From the NCBI GenBank assembly GCA_039801885.1, contig JBDRVN010000007.1:1-45377 (forward strand): a stretch of 45,377 nucleotides of DNA. Reading direction: 5' to 3'. Each line of letters opens with the position of its first letter. Within the stretch, counting starts at the first letter, position 1. A program made the position numbers and the translations under genes. The DNA comes from a candidate division WOR-3 bacterium. Lineage in GTDB: Bacteria > Hydrothermota > Tepidihabitantia > Tepidihabitantales > DTDR01. Positions 38,012-45,377 of this stretch are shown in pieces. The notes below the pieces were generated by a model, which saw nothing but the letters and a program-made list of their open reading frames with translations, was not told the origin of the DNA and did not search any database.

Positions 38012-38622
38012 ACACCAGTTCCCGTAAAAATTTGATAAAAAAAGTTGATAAAAGGCGAAATGATTTTCCAAAGTATGGGAATACCAATTAATGAACCAAG
38101 AAAAATTAAACCAATAAGAATATAAAATCCGTAGCCTTCTACTTCCATATAACGCTCCCGGTATTTATAAGGTAAAATATACATAAAAATTTTTGAACCG
38201 TCAAGAGGCGGAATTGGTAAAAGATTGAAGAAGGCAAGAATTAAATTATAAATAACAAAACTCCTAAGAAGTAAATCTAAAAAAAGAGAAGATGGATTAA
38301 TTAACCGATAAAAAATACCAAAAACCATTGCTGAAAAAAAATTTGCCGCTGGACCAGCTAAGGAAGTTAAAATCACACCCTTTTTAATATCTCTAAAATT
38401 ATAAGGATTAATCGGAACTGGTTTTGCCCAACCAATACGGAAAAAGAAAAGGGCAATTGTTCCAATAAAATCCAAATGTTTTAAAGGGTTCAAAGTTAAA
38501 CGCCCAGCTAATTTAGCAGTGGGGTCGCCAAATTTGTAAGCCACATAGGCATGCATAAACTCATGAAAGGAAAGTCCAAAGAGAATTGCTGGTGCTGAAA
38601 TAATTAATGTCCTTGCGTCCAT
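38008..38622 (-). CDS. Site-2 protease (M50) family protein
   Basis: HEFMH, GDPT...GRLTLNPLKH, GWAKPVP, AGP..N, FNLLPIPPLDG. Confidence 0.95.
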   Translation of the reverse strand: MDARTLIISAPAILFGLSFHEFMHAYVAYKFGDPTAKLAGRLTLNPLKHLDFIGTIALFFFRIGWAKPVPINPYNFRDIKKGVILTSLAGPAANFFSAMVFGIFYRLINPSSLFLDLLLRSFVIYNLILAFFNLLPIPPLDGSKIFMYILPYKYRERYMEVEGYGFYILIGLIFLGSLIGIPILWKIISPFINFFYQIFTGTGV

Positions 38623-39830
38623 TTTATAACCTCTCTTATTTCCTCTTCTTTGTCTTTTAATTTTCCATCAATCTTTTTTAATTTCAAATGTAACAAAATC
38701 TTTGAAAAATCTTTCTCTTTCAAATTTTTAACTATTCCCATCGCAAGCAATTTTTTTAACTCCCTTCCATCAATCAAAGGCTTTGTTTCTTTAATTTTTT
38801 CATAAATTTTTATTTTTTTTCTTAAAGAAGTATCCAAGACATAAATAATTTTTAGGGTGGAAAAAGAAAACAAAGATAATAATTGATAAACCTCTGAATA
38901 TCTTTTTGTTTTCAATAATCTTTTTTTTATTTTTTTAAAATACCCTAACTCTTCAATAACTTTTACTTCTTCTTTTTTTAATACTTTTGCTTCTTTAAAA
39001 TTTAAAAGATAAAGAAGATAAATAAAAACAAGTTCGAAAGGTATTTTAAAGTTTTTTAATCTTTTTAATTTTTTAATATCTTTATGATAAAGAGATTTAC
39101 CAAAAATTTTTTTTAAAATTCCTAATTGAGAAAGGGAGAAAAACATTTTATCAAAATTTTTTTCTTTTAAGATTAAATTTAATTCATGAAAAACTCTTTG
39201 ATAAGAGATAGTAGTAAGATAACTTTCTTCGATTGCTTTTTTTAATAAAAGCGATGTTTTTCTCTCAATTTTAAAATTGAACCTTTTGGCAAATCTTATC
39301 GCCCGAAAAATCCTTGTTGGGTCATCAATAAAACTTTTTTCGTGCAAAACTCTTATTATTCTACTTTTCAAATCATTAATGCCAGAAAAAGGGTCGATTA
39401 TTTTATTTTCCAATAAATCATAGGCAAAAGCATTTATTGTGAAATCTCTTCTTTTTAAATCAACAACAATATTTTTTATTGGTATCACTTTTGGTAAGGC
39501 ACCGGGCCGCTCATAAATCTCATCTCGGAGATGAGCAATATCTAAATAGTTAGAATTATAAATTACTTTACCAGTTAAAAATTGGGAGTAATAAACAAAT
39601 TTACCCTTTAATTTATCAGCTAACAACATACCAAACTTTTTTACATTACCATCGATTGCCAAATCAAAATCCAACACTTTCTTCCTTAAAAAAATATCTC
39701 TTAAAGGACCACCGACTAAAAAAATTTTTATATTAAGTCTCTTTGCTAATTCAATTGCCTTAACAATAACTGACTGAGTTTTAAAATCCAAAAGGTTTCT
39801 TCTCTTGTTTATGGTGTTTAATTTCGCCAA
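38604..39830 (-). CDS. Class II tRNA nucleotidyltransferase (CCA/A-adding); true start possibly TTG 39791
   Basis: VGGPLRD, DFDL, DLKRRDFTINA, DPFSG..DL, SFIDDPTRIFRAIRF. Confidence 0.9.
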   Translation of the reverse strand: MAKLNTINKRRNLLDFKTQSVIVKAIELAKRLNIKIFLVGGPLRDIFLRKKVLDFDLAIDGNVKKFGMLLADKLKGKFVYYSQFLTGKVIYNSNYLDIAHLRDEIYERPGALPKVIPIKNIVVDLKRRDFTINAFAYDLLENKIIDPFSGINDLKSRIIRVLHEKSFIDDPTRIFRAIRFAKRFNFKIERKTSLLLKKAIEESYLTTISYQRVFHELNLILKEKNFDKMFFSLSQLGILKKIFGKSLYHKDIKKLKRLKNFKIPFELVFIYLLYLLNFKEAKVLKKEEVKVIEELGYFKKIKKRLLKTKRYSEVYQLLSLFSFSTLKIIYVLDTSLRKKIKIYEKIKETKPLIDGRELKKLLAMGIVKNLKEKDFSKILLHLKLKKIDGKLKDKEEEIREVIKWTQGH

Positions 39831-40068
39831 ACTGACTTTCGTATTTCTTGATGTTATCTTCCAAAGCCGAAAGTAATAATTTTGCGTGAGCTGGTGTTAA
39901 AATTACTCGGGTAAAAACTTTCGCTTTAGACAATCCAGGAAGCATTCGCGCAAAATCAATAATGAACTCGTGCGGTGAATGGGCAATCAAAAAGAAATTG
40001 CTATAAACCCCTTCAGCCTCTTTTTCATTAATCTCAATATTTATCTGATGTTTTTCATTCTCCGACAT
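39781..40068 (-). CDS. DUF3467 domain protein
   Basis: AEGVYSN...HS..EFIIDF, RVILTPAHAK, NIKKYE..FGEI. Confidence 0.9.
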   Translation of the reverse strand: MSENEKHQINIEINEKEAEGVYSNFFLIAHSPHEFIIDFARMLPGLSKAKVFTRVILTPAHAKLLLSALEDNIKKYESQFGEIKHHKQEKKPFGF

Positions 40069-40074
40069 ATCTAA

Positions 40075-40138
40075 ATTTTAATAAAAATTAATTATAAAGT
40101 CAATCTGTAATTGACAAAGTAGTTGATTTTTATATAAT
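40075..40138. promoter_or_regulatory. Back-to-back sigma70-type promoters, both leaderless
   Basis: Minus: TTGACT(40103)-N17-TAAAAT, 6 nt before ATG 40068. Plus: TTGACA(40111)-N16-TATAAT, 6 nt before GTG 40145. Confidence 0.7.
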
Positions 40139-40144
40139 TTATAA

Positions 40145-40828
40145 GTGAGAATGACCTTTAGTATTTTCTTTATCTTTATAAGTTTCCTTTTTTTCTTTTT
40201 GAGCGAAATTATCTATCCTTTTACCGAATCAATAAATTTTGATATTTTTATCAATACCCAAAAAATCTACCGTTTAAGAAAAGAAGAAGAAAGATATCGT
40301 AAAATTATTGAAGAGGATAATAGGCTTTTGAGATTAAAAAAAGAGGAATTTTCTTTATTTAAAGAAGAGGAAGGAGAGAATGAAGAATATTATTGTGTAA
40401 TTGACCTATTTTCTCAGATACTCTATTTAAAAAGAGGCGAAAGAACCGTTCGCGAATTTAAAATTTCTGGTGGTTCCGGAAAGGTTTTAACGACTCCTTT
40501 TGGCAAAAAATGGCGGTTTGTTACTCCAAAAGGAGTTCTAAAAGTTTTGAGAAAAATAAAGGAGCCAATCTGGTATAAACCGGATTGGGCTTTTATCGAA
40601 GAGAAAAAACCAATTCCACCAAAAGATTCGCCCCTCAGAAGAGTAAAAGGTATGCTTGGAGATTATGCCTTGGATTTAGGCGGCGGAATTATGATTCACG
40701 GTACACCTTATGAACACCTATTAGGAGAACCAGTAACTCATGGCTGTATTCGATTAGATAAAGAGGGAATTAAAATGCTTTATGATTCGCTGAAATTGGG
40801 TGCGAAAGTATATATTTACGGAAAATGA
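40145..40828 (+). CDS. L,D-transpeptidase (YkuD family)
   Basis: N-terminal TM, TPKG, PIWYKPDW, MIHGT...GEPVTHGCIRL. Confidence 0.93.
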   Translation: MRMTFSIFFIFISFLFFFLSEIIYPFTESINFDIFINTQKIYRLRKEEERYRKIIEEDNRLLRLKKEEFSLFKEEEGENEEYYCVIDLFSQILYLKRGERTVREFKISGGSGKVLTTPFGKKWRFVTPKGVLKVLRKIKEPIWYKPDWAFIEEKKPIPPKDSPLRRVKGMLGDYALDLGGGIMIHGTPYEHLLGEPVTHGCIRLDKEGIKMLYDSLKLGAKVYIYGK

Positions 40829-41445
40829 AAAAATTTTTTAATATCTCTTTAATCCTTTTTACTCTTTCTCTTATTCGCTTTAGTGATAGTATTATAAAGA
40901 AAACAATTTTAATGGAGATTAAAAATAAAGAGAATGAATTAGAAGAATTAAAATCTTTAAATAATAGAGTCGAAAAAGAATTAAAAGAAATAAACCAAAA
41001 AATTGCCTTGCAAAATTTTAAAAAAGAATTGAAAGAACTAAAAGAATTTTATTTAGAAGTAGATAGAAAAAATAATATTGCCTATTTAAAAATTGAAAAT
41101 AAAGTATTAAGAAGAATGAGTTTTGATATTTTCTTGCAAGAAGATTTTTCTTTACCAATGGGAATTTTACAGGTGATTGCTAAACAAGAAACAACCTATT
41201 TTATAATTCCCGATTATTATTACGAACTCCTCGGTAAGAAAATACCCGAGGAAAAAGAAAGAATAATAAAAAATGGCCTTTCTCCCTATCTTCTTTTTCT
41301 TTCGGAAAATTTGATAATTTGCGGTCCTGTTTTGGAAGAAATACCAAAAGATTTAATTAGTTTTAATGCCTTAATTTTTTCGCTTGAAGATATAAAAATT
41401 ATCTTCCATTCTTTAAAAGAAAATAGTAATGTCTTCTTTTATTAA
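40825..41445 (+). CDS. Degenerate YkuD-like paralog with coiled coil, catalytic residues absent
   Basis: Collinear with the upstream gene (LPMGILQV, YFIIPDY, LSPYLLFL) but has IICGP...ISFNALIF in place of IHGT...THGCIRL. Confidence 0.65.
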   Translation: MKKFFNISLILFTLSLIRFSDSIIKKTILMEIKNKENELEELKSLNNRVEKELKEINQKIALQNFKKELKELKEFYLEVDRKNNIAYLKIENKVLRRMSFDIFLQEDFSLPMGILQVIAKQETTYFIIPDYYYELLGKKIPEEKERIIKNGLSPYLLFLSENLIICGPVLEEIPKDLISFNALIFSLEDIKIIFHSLKENSNVFFY

Positions 41446-42372
41446 TTATCTAACACCTTTTATTTTTAACTTGTTAAGCAACTCCTGGGAATAAAAAGTG
41501 TAGGGTGTTAAGGGATGGTTGAAAACAATATCTTCTAAAAGTAAAATTGCCCGACTTTCATCTTTTTCTAAAAGGAGAGAAGCCAAGTAATATTGGGCTT
41601 GGGAACGAAAATAATCATTCTTTGTTTTTAAAGCATCCTCTAAGGTACTAATTGCCAATTGAGTTTTGTTTTCTTTTTGATAAATTTCTGCCAATTTGAT
41701 TAATGAATAATCTTCATTAATCTTTTTTAAAATATCTATTGCCTTTTCTTTTTCCCCAATTGTTAAAAGAATCAACGAATAAAAATAATCTTTCATATCT
41801 TTACCACTACTCAAAAGCAAACCAAATTCCTGAACTTCTTCTTTTAACGGACTTTTTTCAAAACGAATAAGAAAATCAAAAATGTAAACTAAAGTAGAAT
41901 CAACAAAACCAAGATAGGCGGATAACAATATTTGGTAATAAATTCTTAGTTCTCCTTCTGGTAAAAAATTGGTAAACTCTGCTGCTTTTTTTAAGTTGTT
42001 TTTTTTGATTAAAGAAATAAAACTCAAAAAAGGATAACTTTTATCTTCCACTTCTATCTTATACTTTTCTAACAATTGGGAAACGAAAGAATTACTTTCC
42101 TTGGATATTCGCAATGCCTGTTCTAAATAGAAAGAACCCGATTTAACATTTTTGTTGACAATCTCTATTTCTCCTAAAGTAAGTAAAATTAAAGTTTCCC
42201 TTGGATATTTTTTCAAAAGCTCCAAAGAGAAATTTTTAAGTTCCTCATATTTTTTTTCTTTTATCTTTTCTTCTCGATATTTTAAATAAAGGGAATCTTT
42301 AAAACCTTCTTTTAAAAGTTTAGTCTGCCAATCATTGTTTAAAATAAGAAATAATAAAATTAATCCTTTCAT
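41446..42372 (-). CDS. Exported tetratricopeptide-repeat protein
   Basis: Short hydrophobic N-terminus; LLTLGEI...YLEQAL, LAEIY...AI, AQYYLA...AI....IV..HP.TP motifs. Confidence 0.75.
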   Translation of the reverse strand: MKGLILLFLILNNDWQTKLLKEGFKDSLYLKYREEKIKEKKYEELKNFSLELLKKYPRETLILLTLGEIEIVNKNVKSGSFYLEQALRISKESNSFVSQLLEKYKIEVEDKSYPFLSFISLIKKNNLKKAAEFTNFLPEGELRIYYQILLSAYLGFVDSTLVYIFDFLIRFEKSPLKEEVQEFGLLLSSGKDMKDYFYSLILLTIGEKEKAIDILKKINEDYSLIKLAEIYQKENKTQLAISTLEDALKTKNDYFRSQAQYYLASLLLEKDESRAILLLEDIVFNHPLTPYTFYSQELLNKLKIKGVR

Positions 42373-45300
42373 TCTTCTAATAATTTATAAAAGTATTCTT
42401 TGATTAATGGATAATATTCTTGGGGGAAATCTTCTTTTAAGATTTTCAAAAGTTCTTCTTGGAGATATTTCTTTCTTTCGCCATAATCCTTGGGCAATAA
42501 AATCTTCTCCTTTATTTCGTATTCCTTACCCACTTCTGCTTCATATTCTTCTTTCTTTTCTTTCTTTCTAATACTTCTTTCCACATCTAACAGTCGTCGA
42601 TATATTCCGGCAGTTCTTTCAACCAATTCCCTTTTAACATTTAACTTATTTAAATCTTCTTCAACTTTTTTCATTTCTTCCAAAATTCCTTCCATACTAC
42701 TTGTTAATCCTGGCTCGGAAGAAAGACCTTTTAAAGCTTGCTCTAACATTTCTCTAATGTAACGCAATTTACTCATCATTTCTTGTAATCTCTGTAAATC
42801 CATTCCACTCATCGGCATTGGTATTGGCAAACCACCCATTTCTGATAACATCTCACCGAGCATTTCGCTCGCTTGCTGTAAAGCATTTAAAAAATCTTCT
42901 ATCCCTTCTCCACCTTTTGTTTTTTGATTTAAAAGATAGATAATATTCAAAATAGTCTTATCAATATTTAACTTAACACTTCCCAAAATACTTTTGGCAT
43001 AATTAAAATTCTTCTCGGCAATAAGTTTACTTATCCTTTCTAAATCGCTATTACTTTTGATTAACCCCTGGGCTAACTTTGGTGAAATGGTTAAAGATTG
43101 ATTACTTAAAGAAAGCAAAGAATCAGAAAGTAATTTTATACTATTATTAAGTAAACTAATTTTCTTGCCAAAATCTTTCTCACTCTCTTCATCTTTAATA
43201 GAAAAATTTATCAAATTTTTACTTTCTTTACTTAAATCGTTTAGGGCTAAACCAATTTTAAAAAGGTTATTAAAAATCTTTTCTTTATTTTTCTCACTTA
43301 TGCTCTTTTGAAAATTCTTTAAGCGGTCTGCCAAATTTTTTAAATCTTTTCTTAAAGAAGAAGATAACTTTTTTGCCAAAGAGAGATTTTTTCTTTCCAT
43401 TTCTTCGGCAATCTCACCGGCTCTTTCTTTTAAATCCAATTTTTCTAATAGTTCCTTTAACTCTTTTTGGAATTCTTGATAATCCTTATCTTCAAATTTA
43501 TATTCTTTTATCTCTTTTTCTAAATTTGTTATTGTCTTTTCTATATCTTTTTGCTCCTCAATGGGTAAATTATTTATCTTCTTTTCAATCTCCTCTTGTA
43601 GTCTCGCCAATTCACTTAACTTCTTTTCCCATTCTTTTAATTTTGCAGAACTTAATAAATTTTTCAAAAGTTTTTCAGCCCTCTCCATCATTTTTTGCAA
43701 CTCTTCGCTATTCAGTTTTAACTGAGAAAAGTATTCTTTCCAGTTTTTTGATTTTTCCAATTCTTCCCTCAACTTCAATAATCTTTCTTTTAGTTCCTGA
43801 GGAATTATTTCATCCAATATTCGAAATAGTTCCATAAGTTTACTTAAAGTTGCCTGGTCAAATAAAGGATATTCTTCCAATTCTTTTAAAAAATTTTCTA
43901 CCTCTTTTTTTAACTCCGAAATACTATTTATCAATTCTTTATTTTTATCTAAGATATTACTTAACGCCTTTTTCTCCTCATAAGAAAGTTCCCTTTTTTC
44001 TTTAAAAGATTTCTCCAATTTCTCCATTTCTTTTAGAACCTCTTCCATACCGGTTTTTTCTCTATTTACTTCCGAATAAACATCTTCAATTCTTTCGGTT
44101 GTCTTGGTAAATATCTCTTCAATGGTAGGAAATCTTATTTTATAAATATCAGTTTTTGAAGATTTGGGACCTTTAATAATATCGTTATCAAAACAGATAG
44201 CATAATAAAAAACTTCCTTACCAGGTAGAAGGTGTAAATTAGTTAAATCCCAAACAAAATCAATTGTATCACTTTTTTTATTAACACCAAAGCTTTTAAC
44301 CAGAAAGGTATCATTATCTTTTATTCCATAAATCTTAGCCTCTTTCACTTGAAAATCATCTAAAAGATAAATTCTTAAAGGAATTTTCATACTTTCCGGA
44401 AGGTCAATATCTTTGTTGGGAAAAAGAAAAGTAATATAAGGATATTCATCAGATAGAAAATTTATCCGGATATTAGCCGTCTCACCATTAAAAACAATCA
44501 TTATATTCTTTTCTTCTTCCTTTAAGAGAGAAAAAAAACAGGAATCGCTATTTTCACTAATAATCCTTTTTTCTGTTAATATTTGGCTAAAAGGAGGTTT
44601 TGTTTTTAAGATTATTAAAGAACCTAACATTGCCGAAATCTCTTTAGGAAAAGAGTACTCGGTTGGTGAAAGCTGGGTATAAGAAGGTGGAATTACTTTT
44701 AAATTTAAAAGAGATAGCTCTTTTATTGGTAAGAAACTAACATTATAAATTGGTGATTTTAAAGAAAGGATTTCAAAATAATAATCAAAATCCTCTTTTG
44801 GAAAAAGGGTAATTTTTGTTGAATCTTTAACCAATTTTAATTTCATTCTTTTTTTAAAATCCTTACCATAAATAAAATTAATTTTCTTAAATTTGAAAGG
44901 TGAAATTAATTTTGCTTTTATCTCAACTATCTCTCCTTTTTTGATAAATATATTTTTAGGCTCAATCTGAAATTGGATTGGCAATCTACTTTTATTAAAG
45001 ATTGTATAGAACCCAATCTTAAAAGGAATAGGAAAAATTAGGAAATAAGAAAGAAAGATAATTAAAGAGAATAAGAGGGTAAGGAAATTCTCTTTTAATC
45101 TCTTTTTTATTTCTAATTTTTTTAATAAGTTTTTTTTGATAAAAGAATAGTTTTCTTTAAACTTCTTTTCTCCCTCTTTTATTGCCCAATTAATTAAAGA
45201 GAGAGAATATTTTTCTTTACTTTCTTGATATTTTTTATAATCTTTTAAAAAAGAAACGGCTGGTGTTAATTCTTTATTTAAAGCATCAAAATTTTCATCA

Positions 45301-45377
45301 AGGATTTGGGCAATTTTGATTAGTGAATAATCTTTAAAAAAGGGAAAATAATTCTTTCTTTTAATAAAGAGATAGAA
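42369..45377 (-). CDS. Large membrane-anchored coiled-coil protein (DUF4175-like); 5' end beyond the window
   Basis: Frame stays open from 44984 to 45377 with a TM segment; PPSYT, DEYP.I, YYA...DND...GPK, long coiled coil, C-terminal P.EY...I.EYF.KL. Confidence 0.8.
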   Translation of the reverse strand, partial: FYLFIKRKNYFPFFKDYSLIKIAQILDENFDALNKELTPAVSFLKDYKKYQESKEKYSLSLINWAIKEGEKKFKENYSFIKKNLLKKLEIKKRLKENFLTLLFSLIIFLSYFLIFPIPFKIGFYTIFNKSRLPIQFQIEPKNIFIKKGEIVEIKAKLISPFKFKKINFIYGKDFKKRMKLKLVKDSTKITLFPKEDFDYYFEILSLKSPIYNVSFLPIKELSLLNLKVIPPSYTQLSPTEYSFPKEISAMLGSLIILKTKPPFSQILTEKRIISENSDSCFFSLLKEEEKNIMIVFNGETANIRINFLSDEYPYITFLFPNKDIDLPESMKIPLRIYLLDDFQVKEAKIYGIKDNDTFLVKSFGVNKKSDTIDFVWDLTNLHLLPGKEVFYYAICFDNDIIKGPKSSKTDIYKIRFPTIEEIFTKTTERIEDVYSEVNREKTGMEEVLKEMEKLEKSFKEKRELSYEEKKALSNILDKNKELINSISELKKEVENFLKELEEYPLFDQATLSKLMELFRILDEIIPQELKERLLKLREELEKSKNWKEYFSQLKLNSEELQKMMERAEKLLKNLLSSAKLKEWEKKLSELARLQEEIEKKINNLPIEEQKDIEKTITNLEKEIKEYKFEDKDYQEFQKELKELLEKLDLKERAGEIAEEMERKNLSLAKKLSSSLRKDLKNLADRLKNFQKSISEKNKEKIFNNLFKIGLALNDLSKESKNLINFSIKDEESEKDFGKKISLLNNSIKLLSDSLLSLSNQSLTISPKLAQGLIKSNSDLERISKLIAEKNFNYAKSILGSVKLNIDKTILNIIYLLNQKTKGGEGIEDFLNALQQASEMLGEMLSEMGGLPIPMPMSGMDLQRLQEMMSKLRYIREMLEQALKGLSSEPGLTSSMEGILEEMKKVEEDLNKLNVKRELVERTAGIYRRLLDVERSIRKKEKKEEYEAEVGKEYEIKEKILLPKDYGERKKYLQEELLKILKEDFPQEYYPLIKEYFYKLLEE

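Noticed and set aside
21836-43837. Short ORFs at 21836, 32934, 33751, 35578, 35827, 36042, 37404, 42490, 43373
   Set aside because: Nested in or antisense to well-supported genes.
42369-44984. ORF-track start at 44984
   Set aside because: It is an internal TTG; the frame stays open to the window edge.
1-45377. CRISPR array, tRNA, rRNA or riboswitch
   Set aside because: No regularly spaced repeats or long GC-rich structured segments in any intergenic region.

Overview
AT-rich (roughly 30% GC by eye) bacterial chromosome segment, densely coding, with no rRNA, tRNA, CRISPR array or transposase seen. Gene content and the Kelch/C-terminal sorting-domain style of the secreted proteins suggest a diderm FCB-related lineage such as candidate division WOR-3 (inference only). 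Housekeeping blocks: a stand-alone alpha operon (rpsM-rpsK-rpsD-rpoA-rplQ) running into panD, a GlmU-like NTP transferase, rsfS, argS and a PTS EIIA; also cstA-asd, rsmG, MoxR-DUF177, ftsK, a site-2 protease and a tRNA nucleotidyltransferase. Accessory content: AAA ATPase and GIY-YIG genes at the left edge, a Clp1-type kinase, C25 and M14 secreted peptidases, a frameshifted tandem GxxExxY gene, a serpin and a Bor-like lipoprotein. Most interesting: (1) a poly-gamma-glutamate pgsB-pgsC-pgsW operon extended by three uncharacterised envelope genes, behind overlapping sigma54-like and sigma70-like promoters; (2) a ~420 bp unannotated cassette in two diverged inverted copies, each with an ECF-like promoter, a small ORF and a highly conserved purine-rich tail; (3) pervasive leaderless gene starts; (4) several apparent pseudo-enzymes or altered catalytic motifs.
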